DNA of 64,000 nucleotides from Candidatus Thorarchaeota archaeon (GCA_003345595.1 PRDI01000058.1:15983-79982); one strand, 5' to 3'; shown: positions 35,821 to 45,812, numbered from the stretch's first letter. Notes: a model not told the origin generated them from the letters alone. Translations and numbers: made by a program.

Positions 35821-36867
35821 ATGGTAAAGACCGACGGATTTAGAGGTAGAGATTTCATAACTCTACGAGAGTACACAAAGGAAGAAGTCGAAACGATTCT
35901 GGAGGTCGCACTAGACCTCAAGAAGAAGTTTGCAGTAGGGGAGCCGCACAAGCTTCTCGACTCAAAGACGCTGTTCATGATATTCTATAACCAGAGCCTT
36001 CGGACACGCAACTCGTTCGAAGCAGGGATGACGCAGCTCGGAGGACATGCCCACTTCTTGGACCCTGACAAGATATACGCTCCAGCGTTGGAGGGTGATG
36101 AGAAGGCGTACTCTACCGAGAGAGTGGCCGATGTTGCTAGGGTTCTTTCGAGAATGGGACATGGGATATCGATTCGCTGCTATGGTGACCCGGTAGGCTG
36201 GGTATATGGTCGGGCAAACGAGATAATCAGGAACTTCGCCCATTGGTCCAGCATTCCGGTCATCAACATGGAAGATGACAAGTACCATCCATGTCAGGCA
36301 CTGGCTGACATATTGACTGTCAAGGAGAAGTTCCACACTTTCAAGGGCGTCCGATTCGTGATGTCTTGGGCCTACTCCCCATCCGTCCACAAACCGCTGG
36401 CTGTACCGCAGAGTGCGATAATTGCAGCGACCAAGATGGGCATGGACACAGTGCTGGCTCATCCTAAAGGCATGGAACTTGATGACGACATCATCAAGCA
36501 ATGCAAGGTCTATGCTCAGGAGAACAACAGCAGCTTTGAGATCATGAATGATATGGATGAGGCATTCAAAGGTGCTGATGTGGTTTACCCGAAGTCTTGG
36601 ACATGCAAGCAATTCATACCACCTTTCAACGCCAAGCCAGAGCTTGACAAGGCAAAGCTCGTTTTTGACAAGAACAAGAGCTGGATTTGCGATGACGCGA
36701 AGATGAAGATTGCTGGACCCAAGGCTCTCTACATGCATTGCCTGCCATGTGACCGCGGTTTCGAGGTTGCGAACTCAGTGATTGATGGCCCTCAATCCAT
36801 CGTCTGGGATCAGGCCGAGAACAGACTGCATGCACAGAAGGCTGTCATGGCGCTGACCATGCGCTAG
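35821..36867 (+). CDS. Carbamoyltransferase, YgeW/N-acetylornithine-type (knotted) rather than canonical OTCase
   Basis: SLRTRNSF, HPCQ, WAYSPSVHKPLAVPQS, YPKSW, HCLP. Lacks the SMG motif. Confidence 0.85.
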   Translation: MVKTDGFRGRDFITLREYTKEEVETILEVALDLKKKFAVGEPHKLLDSKTLFMIFYNQSLRTRNSFEAGMTQLGGHAHFLDPDKIYAPALEGDEKAYSTERVADVARVLSRMGHGISIRCYGDPVGWVYGRANEIIRNFAHWSSIPVINMEDDKYHPCQALADILTVKEKFHTFKGVRFVMSWAYSPSVHKPLAVPQSAIIAATKMGMDTVLAHPKGMELDDDIIKQCKVYAQENNSSFEIMNDMDEAFKGADVVYPKSWTCKQFIPPFNAKPELDKAKLVFDKNKSWICDDAKMKIAGPKALYMHCLPCDRGFEVANSVIDGPQSIVWDQAENRLHAQKAVMALTMR

Positions 36868-36980
36868 AAGCGATAGTCTTACACAGCATCGGGGTCACGT
36901 GCGGCGGCCGGAGTCGACCAATGTCGTGACCTCCGATACACCTTAAAACGCCACGTTCTTCTTCACTTTGCAGTGATTCT

Positions 36981-38012
36981 ATGAAGAGTCTTTTTGGACG
37001 CGACCTAATAACAACGCAGGAATGGAGTGTTGATGAGCTCGAACGAACCTTGGCTCTCGCTTTCGAGTTCAAGGCTCGCCGCTTCGACCACCCATTAAGG
37101 GACTGTCTTGACCGCAGGACGTTCATGATGTTCTTCTTCAATCCTAGCGTAAGAACTCGACAGAGCTTCGAGTGTGCGGCCACGGAACTTGGCGGGCATG
37201 CGCAGTTCCTCGAACCCAAGACGATGAGGCTCAAGACGGAAACGAGTGCAGGCGAAACAGTCCAAGATGCCGCGAATGTGATGAGTCGCTATGCCTGTGG
37301 GATTGGCATCCGGACTCTTGAAACCGCAGTTGACCGCTACGGTGAAGGTGACGATCTTCTCCGGGAGTATGCTAAATGGGCCAGCGTGCCTGTCATCAGT
37401 ATGGCGCATGACAAGTTTCACCCTTGTCAGGGATTGGCCGATGTCATGGGCATGAGAATGCACGGAGGCAAGAACCTGAAGCGCAAGAAACTTCTACAGG
37501 TATGGGGAAAGGGAGCTCTGGTAAGATCTTGGTGTTCAGTGCAGGAGAGTATTCTGATCAACACCCGGCTCGGACTTGACGTGACCTTGGCTTATCCCGA
37601 AGGATACGACTTGGATCCACAAGTCACCAAATGGTGCGAGGACAACGCTGCCGCATCAGGCGGCCGATTCGAAATAGTTCACGACCTAGAGGAAGGGTAC
37701 AAGGGAGCTGACTTCGTCTACAGTCGCAACTGGCAGAGTCCCGCTTTCTATGGAGACATGAAGAAAGTGGGTGCCGACGCGGCCAAGAAGAAAGAGATCG
37801 AGATGGCGGCCAGGTATGATGACTGGATCTGCAGTAGGGAGTGGATGTCGAGAACGAACAACGCGTTCTTCATGCACTGCGGACCTGTAGACCGCGGGGC
37901 AGAGGTTACAGACGAGGTCTGCGATGGACCGCGATCCATAGTGTATGATATAGCAGAGAACCGGCTGCATGTTCAGAAAGCAATAATGGCCCTGACGATG
38001 GCTCGCACCTAG
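36981..38012 (+). CDS. Second, divergent carbamoyltransferase
   Basis: SVRTRQSF, HPCQ, YSRNW, HCGP (instead of HCLP), AENRLH. Confidence 0.85.
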   Translation: MKSLFGRDLITTQEWSVDELERTLALAFEFKARRFDHPLRDCLDRRTFMMFFFNPSVRTRQSFECAATELGGHAQFLEPKTMRLKTETSAGETVQDAANVMSRYACGIGIRTLETAVDRYGEGDDLLREYAKWASVPVISMAHDKFHPCQGLADVMGMRMHGGKNLKRKKLLQVWGKGALVRSWCSVQESILINTRLGLDVTLAYPEGYDLDPQVTKWCEDNAAASGGRFEIVHDLEEGYKGADFVYSRNWQSPAFYGDMKKVGADAAKKKEIEMAARYDDWICSREWMSRTNNAFFMHCGPVDRGAEVTDEVCDGPRSIVYDIAENRLHVQKAIMALTMART

Positions 38013-38147
38013 CATGGTTAGGACGTCCTTGGAGCCGCAAGGGCTGAGAACCGGTCACGTGGCAAAACACGCGACTGATAGTCACAGGGCATTCTAGTCC
38101 TGACACCGTGGCGAATCAGGATGACGGGACCTACCGGCCACCACAGG

Positions 38148-38432
38148 CTACCATCCGCCCTCGGTCGTATCAAACATCTTCAATATGAAGTAAGCAATGA
38201 CACCTACAATCAATATTACCGCAAAGAATGCAACCACGAATGATGGACCTGATAATTCATTAAACCAGACGAGCGGCCCAAAGATCTCCCTAAAGTGGAC
38301 TACACCGGTAAGATCTCCTATCACTATCAGAATGAGAGGCATTCCAACGAGCATTGCTATTGCCATCGCCATGTATCCTGCTCTTCTGACCCAGGCGCGC
38401 TTCGAATCAAGCTGTTGTCCGTCCGCCATCAC
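38148..38432 (-). CDS. Small 2-TM membrane protein, paralog of the C-terminal module of 38475..39422
   Basis: W..RAGY...DLTG...F.EIFGP...FNELS...F..VI......FILK.F...EG.W is shared with the upstream gene. Confidence 0.8.
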   Translation of the reverse strand: MMADGQQLDSKRAWVRRAGYMAMAIAMLVGMPLILIVIGDLTGVVHFREIFGPLVWFNELSGPSFVVAFFAVILIVGVIAYFILKMFDTTEGGW

Positions 38433-38474
38433 GCTCTGCTCCTGAGATGACTATGAGAATCGTCAAGGAATCGT

Positions 38475-39422
38475 CTACCAAGTACCTTCTTTCGCGCTAA
38501 AAGCTTTGAGGATGAAGAACATCATGGCTGCTGTAAGAATAATGACAGCAAGGAAGCCTGCTAGAAAGGCGTTTGACGACAACTCATTGAAGAATACATA
38601 AGGACCGAAAATCTCACTGAAGGTATTTGCACCTGTCAGGTCTGCGACCATGACTAGGAAAAATGGTGCCGAAACAAACACAAGTGCTGCGATGGAAAGG
38701 TACCCTGCACGCTTAAGCCAGAGAGATGTGGAATCGCGCGGCAGGGGTTCCGCCGGCGCAGTAACATGTGTTTGAGCTACGGGTTCTGCTGCCTTCGTCC
38801 CTCTCTTGAGCAACCTGTCGCGTAACGAGTCGTACCTGCTCCGCCAGTAAACCTTGAATCCAACCTTGCTGATGTCCTCCGTTCTTCCAAGCAGAACCTT
38901 GAGCACAAGGGCTGTAACAATCCCGGCAATCACCGCTGGTGTGAATGCAGCCAAGTTTCCGTAGAAGAGGAGGATGTTATATGCCGCAGCTCCTATGCGG
39001 AAACCAACTAGGGCGGCAAGCCAGTTGATGCGATTCCCGAAGATGCGAGAGCGAGTATGAAGATAGTAGGATCCCGCAATCATGGCAAAAAGCGAGAACG
39101 AAACTATATCAATTATGAACCATAGAACCCACCACTCTGTGTTGAGGGCATAACGAACAAGGGGATTGAACTCAAAGGCTGCACCCAGGTCGTGCCAGAG
39201 GAGGACCGTGTAGACAGCATCCACCAGACCAATCGGGGCAAGTGAGAAAACAAGATAACGAACCCATTTCTCTTGCCACCAGAGAGAGAACATCACTCTC
39301 GGTGTCATCGTGGATAGGTCCTTTTTTCTCTTAGCCATTTGCACCCTTTTGGCACCCAAATCCCTGTACATCGCTAGTCGTATAAAAGCTTCCAACTGTG
39401 CTGTTCTCAGCTGTGACTGCAC
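38475..39422 (-). CDS. Membrane protein with DUF5658-like N-terminal domain and duplicated C-terminal 2-TM module
   Basis: DAVYT...FEFNPL motif; multiple TMs. Confidence 0.7.
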   Translation of the reverse strand: MQSQLRTAQLEAFIRLAMYRDLGAKRVQMAKRKKDLSTMTPRVMFSLWWQEKWVRYLVFSLAPIGLVDAVYTVLLWHDLGAAFEFNPLVRYALNTEWWVLWFIIDIVSFSLFAMIAGSYYLHTRSRIFGNRINWLAALVGFRIGAAAYNILLFYGNLAAFTPAVIAGIVTALVLKVLLGRTEDISKVGFKVYWRSRYDSLRDRLLKRGTKAAEPVAQTHVTAPAEPLPRDSTSLWLKRAGYLSIAALVFVSAPFFLVMVADLTGANTFSEIFGPYVFFNELSSNAFLAGFLAVIILTAAMMFFILKAFSAKEGTW

Positions 39423-39585
39423 GACTGCGCGACCGGCAAGTTGCTAAACTCAAGGTGGGAGAATTCTCTAAGGGTCTAGTCGCTGTATCAGACATATACA
39501 ATGTCATTCCGAACCTACCGAGCAACGAAAAAGAAGATTGGGCAGAGGATTGCGTCCTCTGCCTATACACTAGTTACCTGTTCCG

Positions 39586-41466
39586 CTACAACGTAAACCC
39601 TGTGGGGTAGGCCTTCCACATGTGGTAGAAGTACGGACCCGAGAGCATTGCGTTGTACACGTAACCGTTCATGTAGACGGCTTCAACATGGAAGTTCGTA
39701 GACTGGTATACCCATATGTAGGCAGCCTGGTCCACGATGGCCTTCTGGATCTTGCCGTAGAGAGTTATGCGGTCGGCTGGAACCAAGCTCTGAGCAGCGG
39801 TATTGATCCAGCCATCGACGAGAGTCGAGTTCCATCCTGCAGAGATGCCAAGACCGATTCTTCCAGCGTAGAGAGACGTGCTCTTCACGAAGGGAGAAGC
39901 GTAGTTGTCCGGATCAGCGTAGTCTGGTGCCCAACCAAGGAAGAAGAATGGTAGCTGCTTGTTGTTGAGCTGGTACAGATAGCTGGGCCATGAGAGCGCC
40001 TGCACTGTTACGGTGATAGGACTGGCAGGATCAGTTGCCGCGGGATCTGCCAAGATCTTCATGATGCCATCCTTCATGAGCAAACAGCCTTGCTCACGAA
40101 CAGTGTTGCCTACGTTGTAGTACAGCTCGATGCTGTAGGACATGTTGGCAAGAATAGCAGGCAAGCCTTCAGTCATGGCTTGGTTCCATTTCAGTACTGC
40201 TTGGTCTATGTCGTACTGATACATGTACAGACTGTCGTTGTGGCCGAACATGCCGGTCGGGATTGGTCCCTGGCACTGAATGCCAAAGCCGCTTATGATC
40301 GTGTCAATGAAGGTTTGGTAGTCAAATGCGTAGGAGAATGACTCCCTCAGAGACTTGATAGTGAATGGGCTCTGCACGATGCTGCCAGACTTGTTCAAGG
40401 TCGGATTCATGTTGAATCCGATGAACATCACGTTATACCCGGGCTCTCCGCACCATACCTTGAGCTTGCGGTTGAGGGATTTCAGAGTGCCGTCGCCGCT
40501 GTCACTAGTAACTCCGTTCCAGATGTAGCTGGCGTGGGTTGTCGGCCATAGGCCTACGTCGGTCGAGTTGGCCAACAGGTTCAGGATTCTGCTGCTGACA
40601 TCATTGTTCGTCTTGATCACTATGGTGTCGAGTGTGCCCGCCTCCGGGACGTCAGCTATCGCCGCGGTGGCTCTCCAGTAGTTGCTGACCTTGCTGAGCT
40701 GTATCACTTCTTCCGGTACCCAACTAGTGACATTGTACGGACCAGTGCCACAAGTGTGCGTATCGATGTACGTGTTGTGTGCCCCATAGGCAACTCCACC
40801 GTGCTTTGCAACCCATGTCGGGCTCATCTGGGCACCGACAAAGTAGGTAATCGCTGCAAGGAACGGGGCGAACTTGTAAGCGAGTCTCATCCTGATTACG
40901 TAGTTGCTCATAACGATGAGCGAACTAGAGTTCGCTACCCAGTTGTCATATGCTGCTGCGAACTCTGGGCTAGCACCGCCGTGGTCATAGAGAGCTGCCT
41001 CAACATCCCCGCCGCCCAGGATGGGTTCTGCAAACATCCAAACTGGTCCATCGGGGTCAAAGATCTTCATGGCCCTCTCGAAGTTCCACTTCACGCATGA
41101 TGCATTGAACGGGGTGCCGTCCTGGAATGTGACTCCCTGCCGTAGGGTAAACGTGTAGTTCAGACCATCGGCTGAGGTCACATAACTCTCAGCGAGCAGT
41201 GGTACAACAGGTTCCGTGTTATCGGTGTGCCATTCATATGTGTACAACGTCTCATAGCAATTGTAGGCTATCCATGAGCCGAAGGTTTCGTAGTCAACGT
41301 GTGGATCCAAGTACTGAGGCGTGCTGATTGTTTCCCAGATGAGTGTACCCTCCCTTGGAGGTGTGGGCGTCACGCCTGCAGGGCCCTTGGGCCATAGTAC
41401 GTATGCTCCTGCAGCACCGACTATGACAACCACCACTACGATGGCGAGTATCTGATTCTTGTTCAT
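39586..41466 (-). CDS. Family 5 ABC substrate-binding protein (peptide/nickel), canonical domain order
   Basis: N-terminal TM anchor, LDPHVDYE, PLLAESY, YTFTLRQGVTFQDGTPFNA, GTGPY, GWAPDYADP. Start moved to ATG 41466. Confidence 0.93.
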   Translation of the reverse strand: MNKNQILAIVVVVVIVGAAGAYVLWPKGPAGVTPTPPREGTLIWETISTPQYLDPHVDYETFGSWIAYNCYETLYTYEWHTDNTEPVVPLLAESYVTSADGLNYTFTLRQGVTFQDGTPFNASCVKWNFERAMKIFDPDGPVWMFAEPILGGGDVEAALYDHGGASPEFAAAYDNWVANSSSLIVMSNYVIRMRLAYKFAPFLAAITYFVGAQMSPTWVAKHGGVAYGAHNTYIDTHTCGTGPYNVTSWVPEEVIQLSKVSNYWRATAAIADVPEAGTLDTIVIKTNNDVSSRILNLLANSTDVGLWPTTHASYIWNGVTSDSGDGTLKSLNRKLKVWCGEPGYNVMFIGFNMNPTLNKSGSIVQSPFTIKSLRESFSYAFDYQTFIDTIISGFGIQCQGPIPTGMFGHNDSLYMYQYDIDQAVLKWNQAMTEGLPAILANMSYSIELYYNVGNTVREQGCLLMKDGIMKILADPAATDPASPITVTVQALSWPSYLYQLNNKQLPFFFLGWAPDYADPDNYASPFVKSTSLYAGRIGLGISAGWNSTLVDGWINTAAQSLVPADRITLYGKIQKAIVDQAAYIWVYQSTNFHVEAVYMNGYVYNAMLSGPYFYHMWKAYPTGFTL

Positions 41467-41645
41467 GTCTTCCTCCTTCTTTTGTGTTGTGTAGCACAGA
41501 TGTCCTTGCGGACCAAGTAGGTCGCATGTTGGAACCCTAGGGGTCCCCGGTGAAATATGGACCTCCGTGCTCCAAACAACAAGCACCTTTACTCGTCATG
41601 CGTCTAATATAGCTTACTACTCCCCAGATGACCAGAATGGCGCAC

Positions 41646-41731
41646 CCTGCAATCTTGCAGGAGTCAAAAGCTATTATAGATGTGCAAGAGCATGCACATC
41701 ATAGGCCGGGTTCAACCAAATACTTAAGTAT
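41646..41731. promoter_or_regulatory. Palindrome cluster in the divergent SBP/dpp promoter
   Basis: CCTGCAA-TC-TTGCAGG 41646-41661; GATGTGCA-N6-TGCACATC 41679-41700; ATACTTAAGTAT 41720-41731 (TATA-like). Confidence 0.45.
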
Positions 41732-41809
41732 CCTGCAAAACCCGCCTCACTAGCTCACAAAGTCTAGAGATTCGGCCCCCGGAATCAACAGGTGCCTGAG
41801 GTCTAACAG

Positions 41810-42874
41810 ATGAAGCTAAGGGATTTCATCCTGAGGAGAGTTCTACTTGCTATACCAGTTATCTTTGGCGTACTTACGATAACTTGGTTCTTGTCTTATG
41901 TTGTGGGAGACCCGTTGGCCATGTTCATAACAGAACGGACCAATCCGGCGGCCATCCCCGGAATAATCCAGGATCATGGGTTTAACGAGCCTCTGGTCAT
42001 TCAATACTTCCTGTACTTGAGAACCCTGCTGGCTGGCGACTGGGGCGTGAGCTACTCAACGGGTGGTGATCTGCCAGTTCTTACTGTCATCGCACGCAAG
42101 TTTCCGGCTACAATCGAGCTTGCCATTGTCGCCATGGTCTTTGCGGTAATTCTTGGCGTTCCTCTCGGCATACTCTCGGCCACAAGGAAGGACAAGCCGA
42201 TTGATCACTTCACGCGAGTCTTCTCCCTAGCTGGCGTTTCAATGCCAATTTTCTGGTTCGCTCTCCTGCTGAAGTATGTCTTATTCTATCAGTTCTCTGT
42301 TTGGGGCCTACCCTACCTACCCTCGGGCGATAGAGTGGACAATGAGTTGTGGAAGACTGTTCTCCATAATGGAGTCGGCTACGATTTCACCAGCAGCATA
42401 ACTGGGTTTGTTCTTGTCGATTCCTTGCTGTATGGCCAGCCCATCCTGTTTGGGGATGCCGTGCTGCATCTTATTATGCCAGGTTTCTGCTTGGGCTATC
42501 TGACGCTTGCTATCATCACGAGAATGATGCGTTCAAGTATGCTAGAGGTCATGAAGGAAGACTATATCACGTTAGCACGGTCCAAGGGGCTCACCGAACG
42601 CATTGTGATATACAGGCACGCTTTGAGAAATGCACTGATTCCGACGGTGACAGTCATTGGCTTGGCATTTGGAGGTCTTATGTCAGGTGCTGTATTGACG
42701 GAAACTATCTTCAACTGGCCTGGTCTGGGCCGATGGGCGACGCAGGCAATTCTAGTTTCAGACATGGCTGCGATCAACGGCTTCGTGCTCCTAGTGGCCT
42801 TCATCTTCGTAAGCGCGAATCTGATAGTCGACTTGACATATGGAGCGCTTGATCCTCGCATAAGGTACGGATAG
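41810..42874 (+). CDS. dppB: Peptide ABC transporter permease (DppB/OppB)
   Basis: FPATIELA, RMMRSSMLEV, YITLARSKGL (EAA loop), HALRNA, TETIFNWPGLG, DPRIR. Confidence 0.95.
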   Translation: MKLRDFILRRVLLAIPVIFGVLTITWFLSYVVGDPLAMFITERTNPAAIPGIIQDHGFNEPLVIQYFLYLRTLLAGDWGVSYSTGGDLPVLTVIARKFPATIELAIVAMVFAVILGVPLGILSATRKDKPIDHFTRVFSLAGVSMPIFWFALLLKYVLFYQFSVWGLPYLPSGDRVDNELWKTVLHNGVGYDFTSSITGFVLVDSLLYGQPILFGDAVLHLIMPGFCLGYLTLAIITRMMRSSMLEVMKEDYITLARSKGLTERIVIYRHALRNALIPTVTVIGLAFGGLMSGAVLTETIFNWPGLGRWATQAILVSDMAAINGFVLLVAFIFVSANLIVDLTYGALDPRIRYG

Positions 42875-42886
42875 GAGAAGAGATCG

Positions 42887-44632
42887 ATGACCGTCAGAGG
42901 AGACAATGGCAACGATCAAGGAGAACAAGAATCAATCGTTGTGCCGGGACTGGTTCACAGAGTCTTTCCGTCCCTCCATATTGTTCTGTGCCTCGCAGCG
43001 ATATCTCTTGGTGCTGCGTACTTAGTAGGCAATTTCGTTGCCTGGTTCGCGAACTCGTTCATGCATGAACTGGGGTTCCAGCTTCCATCGCTGCTGATTG
43101 GCTGGCCACTTCAGGCATTGCTGCTTGTCGTGATTGGCTACATGAACCTGAAATCTGGCAGAGCGATTTCTAGAGGGGACGCTTGGGCATATTCATCGTC
43201 GCTCTACATGAATGCCGTCACTGGCGTGATTCTGCTTACCATAGGACCATTGGGGCTGCTACCTGCGGTTGGCGTCTTCGCACTGGTGCTTGCGTTGTTT
43301 GCGCCCAGTGTGAAGTCCTACTGGTACAGGGAGTTCCGGGAAGACATGGGACCTCGCGGCAAGGAGTTGAGATTCAGTTTCCACCTTCTTCGCAGAAGCC
43401 CCCTTGTCATCGTTGGGATTCTGATTGTAGCCGGGTATATTAGCGTCGCATTTCTAGCCCCGTGGATCACACCCTACGGGCCAGAGGAACGTATCTGGAA
43501 CGATGCGAATCTGGCTCCCGGCACGCCCGCAGGAGAAGCGAAGGCCAATTCTCTGATACTGTTCAGTAACTACTCAGCAGACATCAGCATTTACCCCGAG
43601 TATACGAGGGGAGAGGTTCAGGTCGGTCCAGAAGAAGTGACCACTTCGTTACCTCCGATTATCGCGTTTTCTGGCTACGTTCGTGACACGGGTAACGACA
43701 ATCTGACTAATGTCCTAGTACACACCGCAGTCTACAAACTGAACTTGACAACTTTCGATTCTCTTAGTCCGAGCCTGCGAGAATTGTACCTCGTCAAGTC
43801 AGTAGAAAAGGCCATGCTATCGCGTCCGAACATAGAAGTGAACAATTCGCCTTCGACCTATGTCTGGGTTGTCTGGTTCGTCGCCAGCAACAAGACTGTG
43901 CCGTGGATTGTGGACACGGTTGTCACCTTGGACTACAATCGGTACTACCCCATTCACTACTGGGGGACAGACAACTCAGGTGGCGACATATACAGTCGCA
44001 TTATATGGGCTGCTCAGGTCGACTTGAGAGTATCTCTCAGTGTTGTGCTTGTGGCGTTGGCATCAGGTGCTCTAATCGGAGCTGCATCGGGCTACTTTGG
44101 CGGCAAGCTGGATGAAATGGTGATGAGAATCACTGACATATTCTTCGCCTTCCCCGGCTTGATTCTAGCCATGGCCATTGTAATGGCCTTGGGCACTCGT
44201 AATCTTGAGAACATATCTTATGCACTGATGATCACTTGGTGGCCAGTCTACGCAAGAGTAGTACGTGGGCAGGTTCTTTCGGAAAGGGAGAAGCTTTATG
44301 TCGAAGCTGCTCGTTCAATTGGAGCAAGTGATAGCCGGATCCTGCTTTCTCACATAATTCCCAATACTATCCAACCATTGATTGTGCAGGCCACAATGGA
44401 TACTGGCGGTGTCCTCCTGACAGCCGCAGGACTCTCCTTCATAGGGTTCGGTTCCGCCGCTGGCACTGCAGAATGGGGCCTGATGATCTCGCAGGGGCAA
44501 TATTACCTGCTCAATTATCCATGGGAGTGCATGTTTCCGGGGGTGGCCATACTCATGATAGCATTGGCTCTGAATCTCGTTGGTGATGGGATTCGTGACA
44601 TCCTCGATCCCAAGCTAAGGCGGAGAGGGTGA
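42887..44632 (+). CDS. dppC: Peptide ABC transporter permease (DppC/OppC) with N-terminal TM extension and large loop insertion
   Basis: HYWGTDNSGGDIYSR, YVEAARSIGAS, HIIPN, LSFIGFG, DILDPK. Confidence 0.92.
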   Translation: MTVRGDNGNDQGEQESIVVPGLVHRVFPSLHIVLCLAAISLGAAYLVGNFVAWFANSFMHELGFQLPSLLIGWPLQALLLVVIGYMNLKSGRAISRGDAWAYSSSLYMNAVTGVILLTIGPLGLLPAVGVFALVLALFAPSVKSYWYREFREDMGPRGKELRFSFHLLRRSPLVIVGILIVAGYISVAFLAPWITPYGPEERIWNDANLAPGTPAGEAKANSLILFSNYSADISIYPEYTRGEVQVGPEEVTTSLPPIIAFSGYVRDTGNDNLTNVLVHTAVYKLNLTTFDSLSPSLRELYLVKSVEKAMLSRPNIEVNNSPSTYVWVVWFVASNKTVPWIVDTVVTLDYNRYYPIHYWGTDNSGGDIYSRIIWAAQVDLRVSLSVVLVALASGALIGAASGYFGGKLDEMVMRITDIFFAFPGLILAMAIVMALGTRNLENISYALMITWWPVYARVVRGQVLSEREKLYVEAARSIGASDSRILLSHIIPNTIQPLIVQATMDTGGVLLTAAGLSFIGFGSAAGTAEWGLMISQGQYYLLNYPWECMFPGVAILMIALALNLVGDGIRDILDPKLRRRG

Positions 44633-44638
44633 GCATAA

Positions 44639-45799
44639 ATGTCTCAGTCTCAAGACCTTGTGCTTTCCATAAAAGGCCTGACGACGAATTTCTACACCTA
44701 CGAAGGTGTCGTCAAAGCACTCGATGGCATCGAGCTCAGCCTCAAGCGGGGTGACACCATGGGCGTAGTCGGTGAAACCGGTTGCGGCAAGTCAGTCACC
44801 GCCAAGTGCGTTCTTAGGCTTATTGAGCCGCCAGGTCGCATTGACGGGGGTCAGATCCTTTTCTATGACCGGGACCCCAAGACGGGTGAAACCCAAGAGA
44901 CTGACATCGTCCAGCTTACTCCTCTGGAGATGCTGAGCATACGTGGAAACAGGATTGCAATCGTCTTCCAGGATCCCGCGACTTATCCAAACCCTGTCTT
45001 CAGGATCGGTGCACAGATAGCAGAGGTTGTGACGTTGCACCAGGACCTGGGAAGAGAGGCCCTGGAAGTGAGGATTAAGGAGCTGGAGGAGTCTCTCAAG
45101 AACTCCCCTTCGCCCGAACATCAAGCCAAAATCAGAGAGCAGATTGAACACTACGTGTCGATGCTGGAGAACCCGCCCAAGCCAGATCGCAAATACGCGC
45201 GAAAAGCCGCTTGGGCCAAGGCTGTCGATATGCTTAGACTCGTAAGGATGCCTTCTCCCGATCAGATCGCCAACCAGTATCCACATGAGCTTTCTGGGGG
45301 CATGAGGCAACGAGCACTCATCGCGATGGCGCTGGCCTGCAATCCATCCATTCTCATTTGTGACGAGGCAACGACGGCCTTGGACGTTACTGTTCAGGCC
45401 CAAGTTCTCAATCTTCTGAACATACTCAAGAAGGAGATAGGCGCTTCAATCTTGATAATCACGCATGACCTTGGTGTTGTTGCTGAAACGTGCAACTCGG
45501 TCACTGTGATGTATGCAGGGACGACAGTGGAGTCAGCTGGTACGAAACAGTTGTTTGAGAATCCGGTGCATCCATACACAATTGGTCTTCTCACTGCGAT
45601 TCCAAAGCTCCATGAGAACAAGGAGCGGCTGGATCAAATACCGGGTACGGTTCCGAACTTGATCAATCCGCCAACAGGCTGCAGATTCCATCCGAGATGT
45701 GCGTTCGCGACAGACATATGCGTGAGTGATAGACCTTCTCTTGAGGAAGTCCTGCCCGGGCACTACGTAGCCTGCCATCATCCGCAAGGGAATCTATGA
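44639..45799 (+). CDS. dppD: Peptide ABC transporter ATP-binding protein (DppD/OppD)
   Basis: GETGCGKS, FQDP, YPHELSGGMRQR, CDEATTALD, HPYT, GCRFHPRC, VACH. Confidence 0.95.
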   Translation: MSQSQDLVLSIKGLTTNFYTYEGVVKALDGIELSLKRGDTMGVVGETGCGKSVTAKCVLRLIEPPGRIDGGQILFYDRDPKTGETQETDIVQLTPLEMLSIRGNRIAIVFQDPATYPNPVFRIGAQIAEVVTLHQDLGREALEVRIKELEESLKNSPSPEHQAKIREQIEHYVSMLENPPKPDRKYARKAAWAKAVDMLRLVRMPSPDQIANQYPHELSGGMRQRALIAMALACNPSILICDEATTALDVTVQAQVLNLLNILKKEIGASILIITHDLGVVAETCNSVTVMYAGTTVESAGTKQLFENPVHPYTIGLLTAIPKLHENKERLDQIPGTVPNLINPPTGCRFHPRCAFATDICVSDRPSLEEVLPGHYVACHHPQGNL

Positions 45800-45812
45800 G
45801 GAGGAGCAAAGC

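Noticed and set aside
35962-36738. 258-aa minus-strand ORF
   Set aside because: Antisense shadow of the first carbamoyltransferase.
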